Positions 1-9,454 of a stretch of DNA of 64,000 bases are shown here, piece by piece (position 1 is the stretch's first letter; each line of letters begins with the position of its first letter). The notes under the pieces are model-generated. The model made no database searches and was not told the DNA's origin. It saw only the letters and a list, made by a program, of their open reading frames with translations. The position numbers were made by a program, and so were the translations under genes. Source of the stretch: a virus. The stretch is taken from the IMG/VR virus record IMGVR_UViG_3300017971_000214, positions 32,001-96,000 of that record. One strand, written 5' to 3'.

Positions 1-135
1 GGTCGGAAGGAAGGTCAGATAGGACGCAAGCGGAGCGGTCGACTGGGAGTACACACGATCGGACGAAGGGATGAACGAACGGAGGCGCGACGTCTAGGAC
101 GAGAGCCGGAAGGGGCGTAGGCCCGAAAGGAAGCC

Positions 136-444
136 ATGACTACGAGCCAAGATGCAATCGCATTCCTGAAGAGTCACAAGGACCACGGGGTTTACCCTGC
201 CGATGACCCGGCCCGCAAGCGTAAGGGGCTGCTCTGCTCCAGGTGCGACGTGCTCTGCGAGGTGTCCTTCGCGGAGTGGGCGCTAGAGCCCGCGCTGAGG
301 GCCTGGGAGGCCGAGCAGCGAGAGGCGATGGCCCAGGCTTCCGAGGAGCGAGGACGCCTCCAGAGGGCTCTCAGAGCCCAGCAAGAGGCCCTTCTGCCAG
401 AGGTGCGAATGGGGGCCAACTGGTGCGGAGACTGGGAACCATGA
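136..444 (+). CDS. hypothetical protein (CxxC)
   Basis: ORF with upstream AAGGAAG SD; stop overlaps the next start (ATGA). Confidence 0.7.
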   Translation: MTTSQDAIAFLKSHKDHGVYPADDPARKRKGLLCSRCDVLCEVSFAEWALEPALRAWEAEQREAMAQASEERGRLQRALRAQQEALLPEVRMGANWCGDWEP

Positions 445-920
445 GCGACGTGGCTTTGATCTGTCACCTGCCTCGATCCCGGCGCACGACCTTAGGGATT
501 GCACGAGCGCGAGAGATCTTCGAGGAAACGGAGTGCACGATACAAGAGCGCGTAGGTGTACGTCCCTTGCATCTGAATCCCGGAGTGCCACCCATTATGC
601 GCTTCGGTGGATGTCTTCTGCGCTCCAACTGCAAAGGGTGCAAGGAAGAACCCTTCGAAGATCCATGTGGGCGTCGGGACAGCGAGCGTCCCTTCCCGAA
701 GTGGGGGTTTTCGATCGCGTTGGACAAGTTCGACCAGGCATTCATCGAGAACAACGACGAGAACCACACGTTCCGGTACAAGCATGCGGAGGTGGTGGAG
801 GTCATGACGGAGGTGATCTCCAAGACTCCCGAGCTGGCGCCGGAGATCTGGTGGGACCGAGGCTTCGGGCACTTCGTCTACAACCTGTTCTTCGAGCCCG
901 ATGCCTGGGAGGGCGTGTAG
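441..920 (+). CDS. hypothetical protein
   Basis: ATG at 441 overlaps the previous stop; genome-like codon usage. Confidence 0.7.
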   Translation: MSDVALICHLPRSRRTTLGIARAREIFEETECTIQERVGVRPLHLNPGVPPIMRFGGCLLRSNCKGCKEEPFEDPCGRRDSERPFPKWGFSIALDKFDQAFIENNDENHTFRYKHAEVVEVMTEVISKTPELAPEIWWDRGFGHFVYNLFFEPDAWEGV

Positions 921-1508
921 ATGTACAAGGGGAAGATCCCGTTCACCCGTGAGGGGCGCCTGATGAACTACGTGCACGAGTACAGCTCGATGCACAAGCC
1001 GCACGAGTGGCGGGACAACCACGAGTTCCAAGCGACTCTCACCTTCCAAGGGTTCGAGCGCGGGCGCAGCGCGGCCCATGGCATCTTCCGGGACGAGGAA
1101 GGTCAGCGTTTCGTCATCTTCCTGAAGGACGTGGACAAGCTGATCACTTCCGGAGCCCTTCGGACCGGCGGCATTGCCAGCGGCACGTGGTGCTACTGCA
1201 AGCGCGGGACGAACTACGGGGTGCAGCCGGTCAAGCTCGACATGCCTGAGCCCCCGAAGCCGTGGGTGTGGGACCGCGACGCCAAGGACCACTGGACAGC
1301 GCACGTCCCCGGCGCCGAGCTGACGATGACGGTGTGGGGCGGCTTGGGGGCTCACGAGCCTGAGCCTATCCCCGGTGGTTGGACGTGGGAGGTGTGGGGA
1401 CCTGACCCGGCCAACCCGGACGAGCCCGACTTCACCGGGAAGGTCGGTTCATTCGAGGCCGCTCAGGCTGCGGCGGAACAGTGCCTGAAGGAGAACAGCT
1501 GGGGATGA
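921..1508 (+). CDS. hypothetical phage protein
   Basis: ATG immediately after the upstream TAG; strong GC3 codon bias. Confidence 0.75.
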   Translation: MYKGKIPFTREGRLMNYVHEYSSMHKPHEWRDNHEFQATLTFQGFERGRSAAHGIFRDEEGQRFVIFLKDVDKLITSGALRTGGIASGTWCYCKRGTNYGVQPVKLDMPEPPKPWVWDRDAKDHWTAHVPGAELTMTVWGGLGAHEPEPIPGGWTWEVWGPDPANPDEPDFTGKVGSFEAAQAAAEQCLKENSWG

Positions 1509-2584
1509 GCGAGAGGAAACTACGCCAACCGTGCCCGGTCTGCGGATCTACTGACCCCGGAGAGGACCCCTGCTGCAACCCCAAGTGCGACGGCATGTGG
1601 GGGACCAACTGCTACCACTGCCACTACCCCCCGTTTCTGACGATGGTGGAGGCGGAGGACATCCCGGACCTCGTCGAGCGCGTGAAGAAGTACGCGGGGG
1701 CCATGAACGCCGAGGAGATCCGCAGGAAAGAGCGTGAGCGCTGCGCGGACCTCTGTGACGAAGAAGCTGACCAGATAGGCTCTGGGCCGATTGGCGCTTT
1801 CCGCGCCTGCGCTCGGCGCATCCGAGAGATGGCGGAGGGATACATCCCGCGCCCTCGGAAGAAGACGGGCAACCGTCGAAATGCTTCTGACCCCACGGAT
1901 TGGATCGAAGCTGTGAATCAGATCTTGTACGACCTCACGGACCGCCGCGGGTTGCGCCAGGCGTGGGAGAGCATCGACGTGGACATTCGGGACGAGATCA
2001 AGTCCGCGTGGGTCGACATCGTTTGCCGTGGCATGTTGAAGGCGCGCGAGCTGGAGCGCTTGAAGGTTCTCCGCAACCTCTACAGTCGGTTCGGCTATGA
2101 CGAAATCGCGGTGCCTCGCGACGAGCTGTCGGAGGACATCATCTGGAGCTGCACGATGGACGAGGTGGCAGCGGCGCGGACCCAGGAGCGGCAGGCCATC
2201 GTCGCGGAGCTTCAGAAGATCTTCGACAACACCATGATGAACCAGGATGGCAAGACGGCCCTGGCGCTCAGCATCGACCATCTCAAGAAGCTCCCCGCTT
2301 CGTGGCCCGACGCTCCTTCGGCGGACGAGCAGCGGACTGCGGCCATGACCGCCTGGACTGTTCGTCAGATGCGGAGGAGCAGTCTGAAGAAGTCCGCCGA
2401 GGCGGTGAAGGATATGATCGACTCGCTCACCGAGGCGGTGTCGAGCTTGGACGCGATGCCTGACGTGCTCGCAGACCGCATCACCGCGCGACTCACCGAG
2501 CACTTCAACAATGGGTCGGTACGCCGAGACAAGGAGCAGGACCGTGATGCTGGAGAGCCCGAAGAAGACGACTCGTCTATCTGA
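1505..2584 (+). CDS. hypothetical protein, Cys-rich N-terminus
   Basis: ATGA coupling; CPVC..CCNPKC..CYHC; recurring ERERCA/ERQAI-type helices. Confidence 0.7.
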   Translation: MSERKLRQPCPVCGSTDPGEDPCCNPKCDGMWGTNCYHCHYPPFLTMVEAEDIPDLVERVKKYAGAMNAEEIRRKERERCADLCDEEADQIGSGPIGAFRACARRIREMAEGYIPRPRKKTGNRRNASDPTDWIEAVNQILYDLTDRRGLRQAWESIDVDIRDEIKSAWVDIVCRGMLKARELERLKVLRNLYSRFGYDEIAVPRDELSEDIIWSCTMDEVAAARTQERQAIVAELQKIFDNTMMNQDGKTALALSIDHLKKLPASWPDAPSADEQRTAAMTAWTVRQMRRSSLKKSAEAVKDMIDSLTEAVSSLDAMPDVLADRITARLTEHFNNGSVRRDKEQDRDAGEPEEDDSSI

Positions 2585-3029
2585 GGCGGAGCGCCGGGAG
2601 AAAGCGCTCGGGCACGAGTGCCCCGACTGTGGAGGGCTCATCCAAATCGTTCCTGCCTCGGTGATGCACGAGGCGCACGAGGAAGGGGAGGTCGCACGGC
2701 GCTGTCTGCTCTGCCCCTTCATCTGCTACATAGGCGACGATCCTCTGCACTACTCGCTAGAGGAAGAAGAGACGGTGATAACACCCATCTTCCCGGCCGC
2801 TGACGCGTTCCGAGGCTTCAACGAGGCAGTGAAAAGGATGGCCGATCAGATGGCTGCGGTGGTGGCTGCGATGTCGATCCCTCCTATGCGCTTCGAGCTT
2901 CCTCGCTTGCCTTCTCTCACGCTGCGCCAGGACTTGGAGGAGCTGGGAGAGTTGATCACCGGCCCCGACGACTCGGAAGAAGAGGAGCCCGAAGAAGATG
3001 GCGACGATCGACGTTACAGCGACATGTGA
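2547..3029 (+). CDS. hypothetical zinc-ribbon protein
   Basis: SD AAGGAG; CPDC...CLLC; acidic tail. Confidence 0.65.
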   Translation: MLESPKKTTRLSEAERREKALGHECPDCGGLIQIVPASVMHEAHEEGEVARRCLLCPFICYIGDDPLHYSLEEEETVITPIFPAADAFRGFNEAVKRMADQMAAVVAAMSIPPMRFELPRLPSLTLRQDLEELGELITGPDDSEEEEPEEDGDDRRYSDM

Positions 3030-3252
3030 TCGCTGCGAGAAGCAAGAGCGGCACAGCATTCCGATCAGCCAGCTCAAGAACTCCTGGTGGAAGCCGCACG
3101 ATTGGCTGTGGATGACCGCAGCGATAGGGTTCGACGCCCGGTTGAACGTGAAGACCAGGGCTCATGCGCTAGTGTGCCCCGAGTGCCAGGACAAGATGGG
3201 CGTGCACAAGGATTTGAACATCTCGATGGGTGTGCAGACGGAACAGCGGTAG
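2998..3252 (+). CDS. hypothetical zinc-finger protein
   Basis: CDRC...CPEC; SD upstream. Confidence 0.65.
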   Translation: MATIDVTATCDRCEKQERHSIPISQLKNSWWKPHDWLWMTAAIGFDARLNVKTRAHALVCPECQDKMGVHKDLNISMGVQTEQR

Positions 3253-3325
3253 GTACGTCGGAGCAATGGGCAGGTGGCACGACACGCGGTCGGTCGGTTC
3301 GGCTGGCCGGAGGTCGGTTGGAAAG

Positions 3326-3354
3326 TTGGCCCTACTTGGCGACGGCGGTAGCGT
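3326..3354 (+). promoter_or_regulatory. sigma70-type promoter, likely leaderless
   Basis: TTGGCC-17bp-TAGCGT, then 6 nt to ATG 3361. Confidence 0.5.
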
Positions 3355-3360
3355 GGGAAC

Positions 3361-3594
3361 ATGAGTGCAGAGATGAGACGAGGGCGGCTCGTGCAAGACC
3401 TTCAGGGATACGCAGAGTACGTAGCTGAAAAGATCAAAACGGCCTTCAACACGATGCCTATGGATCGAGCACTTCCGGCCACACGCACGGCGCGCGAAGA
3501 GCTGAGGCTGTTGGAGGAAGCTCGGGACACCGCGATGAAGCTCGACATCGACGACATGCCGGCAGTGGTGAAGGTGAAGCAGGTGAAGCCGTGA
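3361..3594 (+). CDS. hypothetical protein
   Basis: ORF directly after a promoter-like motif; coupled to the next gene. Confidence 0.6.
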   Translation: MSAEMRRGRLVQDLQGYAEYVAEKIKTAFNTMPMDRALPATRTAREELRLLEEARDTAMKLDIDDMPAVVKVKQVKP

Positions 3595-3815
3595 GTGGGG
3601 GCGATGATGGATACAACGCCGAGCCCCTGAACTTCGGCTGTGTCATCTGTCACGCTGCGAGCGCGAAGCACGAGAGTCCTGGGGACGAAACCAAGGTCAT
3701 CCTGCTCATGTTGCTGAAGGGTGATTCCTCGGCGGCGGAGATGTACGAGGACTTGTGCTTCTTCCACCGTCGCATCATGAACGACTTGCTGGAGACGACA
3801 CCGGAGGCGGTATGA
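3591..3815 (+). CDS. hypothetical protein
   Basis: GTGA coupling; CxxC...CxxH. Confidence 0.6.
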   Translation: MSGGDDGYNAEPLNFGCVICHAASAKHESPGDETKVILLMLLKGDSSAAEMYEDLCFFHRRIMNDLLETTPEAV

Positions 3816-4228
3816 ACAGGCGAGAGTTGATCAAGTTGGGAGCCCTGGCTCCTCTGATGGCGTGGTTCGAGCGGGTGTTCGGGCGCTTCTTCCCCGAGCG
3901 CGCCCAAGAGAAAATGCGGGGCTTCCGCCTGTACTTGGACGGCGAAAGCGTGACCTTCCCTGATGCAGTGTCCTTCGAGCACGACCCCTCGGAGTCCTTC
4001 AGCATGGCCTTCTGGTTCAAGACTCAGGCGAAGGACGCGGAGGTGAAGACGCAGCGCAGGAAGAAGATCCCAGCGATGCGCGTGAAGATCTCCAGGCTGT
4101 TCAGCCGCTTGAAGCCTGACGGGCAGTGGCACCACTTCCAGTGTAGCTACGACGGCGGCTCAGACCGGTCCCCAGAGGTCATCGTCCACGAGCCCCCGCC
4201 CGGAGGCATCGAGTTCTGGAAGGGGTAG
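3812..4228 (+). CDS. hypothetical protein with twin-arginine-like N-terminus and LamG-like fragments
   Basis: MNRRELIKLGALAPL; SFSMAFWFK and DGQWHH resemble LamG/concanavalin strands. Confidence 0.55.
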   Translation: MNRRELIKLGALAPLMAWFERVFGRFFPERAQEKMRGFRLYLDGESVTFPDAVSFEHDPSESFSMAFWFKTQAKDAEVKTQRRKKIPAMRVKISRLFSRLKPDGQWHHFQCSYDGGSDRSPEVIVHEPPPGGIEFWKG

Positions 4229-4274
4229 GAATCAGCCATGTAGGTCTGGGTGGGACACATCGTGATCTCGGCGT

Positions 4275-4304
4275 GTTGACAATCAGTTTCCTATGTGATA
4301 GGTT
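4275..4304 (+). promoter_or_regulatory. strong sigma70 promoter (copy 1 of a shared 26-bp motif)
   Basis: TTGACA-17bp-TAGGTT with extended TG; 24/26 identical to 15227-15252. Confidence 0.75.
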
Positions 4305-4347
4305 AGTATTAGAAGCCCAGAAGAAGGGCACGAAAGAGAAGGCAGAG

Positions 4348-4626
4348 ATGAGCGAAGCGGACAAGGGATTCAACAACGAGCGGCTGCTAGCGAAGGCCAA
4401 GGAACTGGCTGCGGCGGCCAACGCTGCTACGGGCTCCGACGACTTCAACGCCGGGATGCTGTCGGTGTACAGCTCGGTGGAGAACGACCACGGAGAGTTC
4501 GTGGTGATCTGGACGGCCAATCTGGGCAAGTTCTCCTCGAACGGCGGCGGCGAGACCATGGAGCGGGCACTGAAGGCGCTGGAGGACAAAATCGCCCGGT
4601 TCGCTTCCGCGCAAGCGGGCGGCTGA
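4348..4626 (+). CDS. hypothetical protein
   Basis: ATG after purine-rich SD downstream of the promoter. Confidence 0.7.
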   Translation: MSEADKGFNNERLLAKAKELAAAANAATGSDDFNAGMLSVYSSVENDHGEFVVIWTANLGKFSSNGGGETMERALKALEDKIARFASAQAGG

Positions 4627-4787
4627 TGCAGCTGACCGAAAAGCAGAAGCAGGCCATCGAAGACTGGGTGTTCGAAATCAGTGCCAAGGGGCTCATCGAG
4701 ACCGGCGAGTTCGGCGACGACTTTCGCGAAGCCGAGGCTGCGATCCTCCAGTACGTGAAGGAGCTGAAAGAGAAGGCCCTGCGATGA
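4626..4787 (+). CDS. small hypothetical protein (53 aa)
   Basis: TGATG overlap upstream and ATGA overlap downstream; MQLTEKQKQAIEDW...; below the ORF-track cutoff. Confidence 0.6.
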   Translation: MQLTEKQKQAIEDWVFEISAKGLIETGEFGDDFREAEAAILQYVKELKEKALR

Positions 4788-5053
4788 TCACCGGAGACTA
4801 CGAGTGGACCCCGGAGGAATGGGCGGAGGTACAGAGGTATCTCGAATCTCCGGATCGGCAGGTCAAACACCAGCCGGGGTGTCCGGGGTTCGAGCCCTCT
4901 GAGGGCGTCGAGCCCTGCGGAGGCGTCTTTCAGTGCGGGCGCTGCGGGAGGTACTTTGGCTGGTGTTACGGCGCCTCGGACGGCACAGAGGCCGACGAGT
5001 GGTGCGACGACTGCTGGTACGAGGTCTACGGAAAGAAGCTCTCCACGGGCTGA
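4784..5053 (+). CDS. Cys-rich hypothetical protein
   Basis: CGRC...WC...CDDC; coupled start. Confidence 0.6.
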   Translation: MITGDYEWTPEEWAEVQRYLESPDRQVKHQPGCPGFEPSEGVEPCGGVFQCGRCGRYFGWCYGASDGTEADEWCDDCWYEVYGKKLSTG

Positions 5054-5066
5054 GGAGACCAACATC

Positions 5067-5495
5067 ATGAAGACTTGGTGCATCGTTCGTTTTCATTCCA
5101 TCGGCTCGGACCGCTCCATGTGCGGACCGCTTGGACGAGAAGGGTGCTTTCCGAACGGGCAGATCTCCACAGAGGTGATGCGCTTCCGAAGCCGCGACAC
5201 TGCCGAGGAGTTCATGCGCCAGCACTTCCCCGACTTCGGTGCAGCGGACCACGAGGTAATGACCCTCGATTCGATCACTTTCACCGTGACCACCCACCGG
5301 TACTACAACGGCAAGACCCGCGTGGTGTTCCGCGGACCCTACGACGAAGCGGTGGCGTCCTACTTCATGTGGAAGGGCCGGCACGCCGACGAGGTTCCGC
5401 GTGTGAAGGTGTCCCTAGATGTCGAACTAGACCTGTCCGTGGCTTTGGAAGAGCGCGGGCATCTGATGCAGATCTGTGAACCGCAAGTGGCCTAG
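5067..5495 (+). CDS. hypothetical protein
   Basis: SD GAGGAG before ATG 5067. Confidence 0.65.
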   Translation: MKTWCIVRFHSIGSDRSMCGPLGREGCFPNGQISTEVMRFRSRDTAEEFMRQHFPDFGAADHEVMTLDSITFTVTTHRYYNGKTRVVFRGPYDEAVASYFMWKGRHADEVPRVKVSLDVELDLSVALEERGHLMQICEPQVA

Positions 5496-5509
5496 AGAGG
5501 ATCAAGTCG

Positions 5510-6121
5510 ATGGGAGACAGAAAGGTACGCGACACTTCTACGAAGGAAGAAGCCACCATAGTGATGATCGACGCCGCGTTGGGAGGGAACAGCGGCGATG
5601 CCATCGAGCGCCAGGAAGCTCGGGGGCAGCAGGACTTCGTGAACAGCACGCAGCTTCCGGTGAAGGGAAGCAACGACGAGGCGTTCACCAAGATGGGAAT
5701 CAGGTTCGGCGTCGCTGTCGAAGGCGAGCTGTTCCGCCACGCCGACCTACCCGAATGTTGGTCCAAGCAACCTACGGAGCATTCAATGTGGTCGAAGCTC
5801 GTTGACCGGAACGGCAACGAGCGAGCTGAGATCTTCTACAAGGCCGCGTTCTACGACCGTCGCGCGCATATGCGTGCCTGTCGCCGGTTCAGTGTCCGGC
5901 ACGACTACGAATACGAGAACAAGAACGAGGGCGAGCTGCGGATCTGCGTGTTCGACATGTGGGGTGGCAAGGAGACGGTGGTCTTCACTGCCGAGGACTC
6001 CTTCACCAAGCGCGAGGAGCGCTGGGAGAAGGACGACGGTCTGACGAATCAGTGCAAGGCGTGGTTGGTGGAGAACTACCCCGAGTGGGAAGACGCGAGC
6101 GCCTGCTGGGACAAGGAGTAG
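5510..6121 (+). CDS. hypothetical phage protein
   Basis: SD GAGG; DRNGNERAEIFYKAAFYDRRA motif typical of phage hypotheticals. Confidence 0.75.
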   Translation: MGDRKVRDTSTKEEATIVMIDAALGGNSGDAIERQEARGQQDFVNSTQLPVKGSNDEAFTKMGIRFGVAVEGELFRHADLPECWSKQPTEHSMWSKLVDRNGNERAEIFYKAAFYDRRAHMRACRRFSVRHDYEYENKNEGELRICVFDMWGGKETVVFTAEDSFTKREERWEKDDGLTNQCKAWLVENYPEWEDASACWDKE

Positions 6122-6127
6122 CGGGCC

Positions 6128-6799
6128 GTGTGGGAGCTAGACGACTACCACAAGGGGCCTCCCCTGAAGCTGCACGAGCTGCGTGACTTGGAGGACGGGG
6201 AGGTCGTGTGGGTCGTCTACTACGACTTCACGTCTGATGGTGGGAGGGAGCCAAAGATCGACGGCCCCTCGCGCATCGAGGACCAGGGGGACGGCTTCAC
6301 GTGGCTGCTCGACGAAGCTGGCTGTGAGTTCGCCATGGAAGGTGAAGACGACGAGGAGTGCTTCGACGACGGGGGCGATGGCTCGGGCGAGATGCGTCTG
6401 TACAAGGCCGTACTCGGCAAGAAGAACGCCGACATCAAGATCTACAAGTACGCGCTGGCGCTCTCTGACGGTGCGTCTCCCGTCTGCATCGTGCAGATGC
6501 CCGAAGGGGCGCGGGTGCTGAAGGTTGCCGCAGCTACGGTGACGACGGGGTTGCCTCCGGACGGTTACCCCCGTGACGAAGAGCGCATGTTCCTCTGGGC
6601 TGCGGTAGACCCCGCCGCGCCTCCAGTGAACCGCGAGTTCGAGGTCTACCCCACGGGGCTTACCAGCTTGCAACCTCCAGTAGACGAGCTGATGCACCTG
6701 GACACTGTGCTGATGCACAACGGCACGCTGGTCTTTCACGTGTTCGAGCGTGATCCCGAAACAGCCGCGCTGATGCGGGAGGCCAAGGCATTGCGATGA
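6128..6799 (+). CDS. two-domain hypothetical phage protein
   Basis: C-terminal KIYKY..MPEGARVL..LWAAVDP..PTG..LVFHVFE domain common in phage accessory genes. Confidence 0.7.
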   Translation: MWELDDYHKGPPLKLHELRDLEDGEVVWVVYYDFTSDGGREPKIDGPSRIEDQGDGFTWLLDEAGCEFAMEGEDDEECFDDGGDGSGEMRLYKAVLGKKNADIKIYKYALALSDGASPVCIVQMPEGARVLKVAAATVTTGLPPDGYPRDEERMFLWAAVDPAAPPVNREFEVYPTGLTSLQPPVDELMHLDTVLMHNGTLVFHVFERDPETAALMREAKALR

Positions 6800-7125
6800 G
6801 TGAAAGTGCCAAGCACCAGTGGGAGCATCTGAGCACGTCCATCGAGAAGAAGTACGTGTCCTGGTGCCACAAGTGCGGGGCGGTCAGGGTAAAAGCGCTG
6901 AAGATCGACACGGATAAGGCATCGTCGCACTACGTCACTTGGTACTACGCGATGGGGACCAAGGCCGCGCTGAAGCACTCTCCGCCTTGCTACCCCGTAG
7001 AGCTGCACAAGGAGTGCCAGGGGCTCGCCGTCGCGCTGGAGACCGCCATCGAGAAGCTGGAGAAGGCTGAGTCCGACAACGCCTTCCTGCGCAACGAGCT
7101 GAAGGAGCTGATGCCGCCGCTATGA
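6796..7125 (+). CDS. hypothetical protein
   Basis: ATGA coupling; WCHKCG motif plus coiled coil. Confidence 0.65.
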   Translation: MSESAKHQWEHLSTSIEKKYVSWCHKCGAVRVKALKIDTDKASSHYVTWYYAMGTKAALKHSPPCYPVELHKECQGLAVALETAIEKLEKAESDNAFLRNELKELMPPL

Positions 7126-7376
7126 GAGACTTGCAGATCAGATTCCACTGGGACCCGATGCCTTGGGAGAGGCAGCGCGACCGAGGAGAACGCCTGGTGA
7201 CCTGGCACCGCGTGCCCCGAACTGGGGACTTGGTGAATCTCATTCTCCAGAACGAGGACTCTCAGGGGACCCTGGCGACGTTCGAGGTCAAGCATGTGCT
7301 CTGGAACGCTGACGGGCTAGACGGATCTCAAATCCACATCTTGCTGCACTCCACAGGACACACCTACGGCGTCTGA
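7122..7376 (+). CDS. hypothetical protein
   Basis: ATGA coupling; VPRTGDLV motif. Confidence 0.65.
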   Translation: MRDLQIRFHWDPMPWERQRDRGERLVTWHRVPRTGDLVNLILQNEDSQGTLATFEVKHVLWNADGLDGSQIHILLHSTGHTYGV

Positions 7377-7461
7377 GCGCGGCCCGAGCTGGCGGTTCGC
7401 GAGGGCGCTGGAAAACTCCCGCCTCCGAAGTTTGCCGCGCTCCGCGCCGAGCTGCCGCCTG

Positions 7462-7490
7462 TTGACTATCGCGCTGCTATGCGATACTGT
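7462..7490 (+). promoter_or_regulatory. sigma70 promoter, leaderless
   Basis: TTGACT-17bp-TACTGT, 6 nt to ATG 7497. Confidence 0.65.
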
Positions 7491-7496
7491 CACGAC

Positions 7497-7676
7497 ATGG
7501 AATGCGCGCACTGCGGGAGCAAGGAGGGGGTCGAGCTGGAGTCCTCGCGGACGGCCTACCCGAAGAAAGAGGAAGAGCCTGATCCCAACGCCCCCATTCC
7601 ACTGTGCCGCAAGTGTGCCAAAGAGCATCATGAGTATTGGAACGAGATGTGGCTGAACGCGATGCCAGAGATTTGA
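7497..7676 (+). CDS. small zinc-finger protein
   Basis: CAHC...CRKC. Confidence 0.6.
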   Translation: MECAHCGSKEGVELESSRTAYPKKEEEPDPNAPIPLCRKCAKEHHEYWNEMWLNAMPEI

Positions 7677-7936
7677 TCCTATGCGACCGTGAAGGTTGTG
7701 AGGAGCCGGCAACCCGAATGTTCATACAGGGGCCTCCGAGCAAACGCCGGTTCACATGCAACCCCTGCGGCGAGAACAACGAAGTGCTGTTCGCCGAAGG
7801 CAGCGTAGGCAATGCTCCGCTGCGGGAGTGCTCGATATGCGAGGCTCTGAAAGCGATTCGAAGACAGGCATGGAAGCTGGGGCTGATCTCGCAGCAGCGC
7901 TACGCGACCCTCTGCCGTTGGCATCCGGAGTGGTGA
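7637..7936 (+). CDS. Cys-rich hypothetical protein (start uncertain)
   Basis: CDREGC..CNPC..CSIC; stop overlaps the next ATG. Confidence 0.5.
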   Translation: MERDVAERDARDLILCDREGCEEPATRMFIQGPPSKRRFTCNPCGENNEVLFAEGSVGNAPLRECSICEALKAIRRQAWKLGLISQQRYATLCRWHPEW

Positions 7937-8184
7937 TGAGTCTACCTGCCCTATCCGCTGTTCTGCGCAACCTTCGCAACGACGGGGAGCACGCGCTAGC
8001 CGGCCGCATCGAGCGCGAAGCGGACCGATGGCAATGTCCGACGTGCACCTTCCGATCAAACCCCGGCTTCGAGTTCGCGGGGCCGCCGCCGGCCACCGAG
8101 GACGAGCCCATCGCCGTGTTCCACTGCCCGTTCTGTTCGCCCGAAAGGGTGCGAGTCGATGATGGTCCTGAAGATCCTAGCTAG
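7936..8184 (+). CDS. small zinc-ribbon protein
   Basis: CPTC...CPFC; TGATG coupling. Confidence 0.55.
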   Translation: MSLPALSAVLRNLRNDGEHALAGRIEREADRWQCPTCTFRSNPGFEFAGPPPATEDEPIAVFHCPFCSPERVRVDDGPEDPS

Positions 8185-8428
8185 GTGGATCATACGCAAC
8201 GAGCTGGCGGAGCTAAGAGGTACTGCCGCCATGACTCGGAGGTTCTTCCACTCGTGGCGTTCGGGCGCGCGGCTGTGGGAGCGGTACGCCCACTACTTGG
8301 AAGAGAAGTACGACTTGGACGAGGACTTCAACGACTTCTTTTGGACACTCTCTTCCGAAGAGCGCAGGGACCCGGCGTCTTCGGACTACGTACCAGGGTT
8401 CACACCAAGGAGAAGCGAGAGAAAGTGA
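8159..8428 (+). CDS. hypothetical protein
   Basis: ORF coupled by GTGA to the ADP-ribosylglycohydrolase. Confidence 0.55.
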   Translation: MMVLKILARWIIRNELAELRGTAAMTRRFFHSWRSGARLWERYAHYLEEKYDLDEDFNDFFWTLSSEERRDPASSDYVPGFTPRRSERK

Positions 8429-9453
8429 ACGACAAGATCAAAGGTTCGATCGTTGGGCTCGCCTGCGGCGATGCTCTGGGGGCTCCCGTGGAGTTCCTGA
8501 ATCAGACGGAGCTGATCACTCGGTACGGCTCGGACGGTATCAGAGATCTCGAAGAGTCCTACGGAGTGGAGGGCGCGTACACCGACGACACGCAGATGAC
8601 CCTCTCAACTGCGGAGGGTGTCGTGGCGGCACGTACTGCAGAGGGGGATGGCATCAACGTCGACCCGGTGCCCTACATCTACGGGGCTTACATCGAGTGG
8701 CGCCGGGGCCAGCTCGACCACGCCAACAATCGCGGGCCGGGCAACACCTGCCTGAGTGCCCTTTCCGGGGGCGTAGCGGGGTCCTCAGCAGCCCCGGTGA
8801 ACAACAGCAAGGGTTGCGGTGGGGTCATGCGCGTCGCCCCTGTGGGGCTCGTCTACAGCGGTACACGGGCTTGGAAGTACGGGCTCGAAAGCGCCGCGTT
8901 GACGCACGGGCATGAGGGGGGATTCTTGCCAGCAGCCTTCCAGGCGCTGATGCTATCCAGAATCATGTCCGCGCCGGAGAAGGAAGCGCCGGCCAAGACG
9001 ATCACGGAGGCTGTGGGGGCGGCGATGAACATGCTCGAACGCTCCCCGAGAAGCGAAGACCGCGACACCTTCGCGGCGATGGTCACGCAGGCAATGAACT
9101 TGCACCGGCAGACCAAGTGGTCCGACGAGATGGTGCTGCGGAAGCTCGGCGCCGGATGGGTAGGCGATGAAGCATTGGCCATGTCGATCTTCTGCGCCAT
9201 GCGCTACCCCAACAGCTTCGAAGGCGCAGTCACCTCCGCGGTCAACTACTCCGGAGACCGGGACTCGGTGGGGTGCATCACGGGCGCCATCATGGGGGCG
9301 CTGCTGGGCTACTCTTCGATACCTGAACGCTGGGCGGCCAAGGTCGAGAACTACGACCTGCTCGTGTCCGTAGCCGAACAGCTCTCCGAAGCGCGCATCG
9401 AGCCCCCGCGTCGCCCTCAACCCCATCCTCCAAAGACGGTAGGCATCGACTAG
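8425..9453 (+). CDS. ADP-ribosylglycohydrolase (DraG/ARH family)
   Basis: GLACGDALG, YTDDTQM, NSKGCGGVMR, THGH and NYSGDRDS motifs; GTG start at 8425. Confidence 0.92.
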   Translation: MNDKIKGSIVGLACGDALGAPVEFLNQTELITRYGSDGIRDLEESYGVEGAYTDDTQMTLSTAEGVVAARTAEGDGINVDPVPYIYGAYIEWRRGQLDHANNRGPGNTCLSALSGGVAGSSAAPVNNSKGCGGVMRVAPVGLVYSGTRAWKYGLESAALTHGHEGGFLPAAFQALMLSRIMSAPEKEAPAKTITEAVGAAMNMLERSPRSEDRDTFAAMVTQAMNLHRQTKWSDEMVLRKLGAGWVGDEALAMSIFCAMRYPNSFEGAVTSAVNYSGDRDSVGCITGAIMGALLGYSSIPERWAAKVENYDLLVSVAEQLSEARIEPPRRPQPHPPKTVGID

Positions 9454-9454
9454 G

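Noticed and set aside
2860-2895. VAAMSIPP as another portal-like motif
   Set aside because: Too short, and it lacks the preceding DIxYF helix, so it cannot be distinguished from chance.
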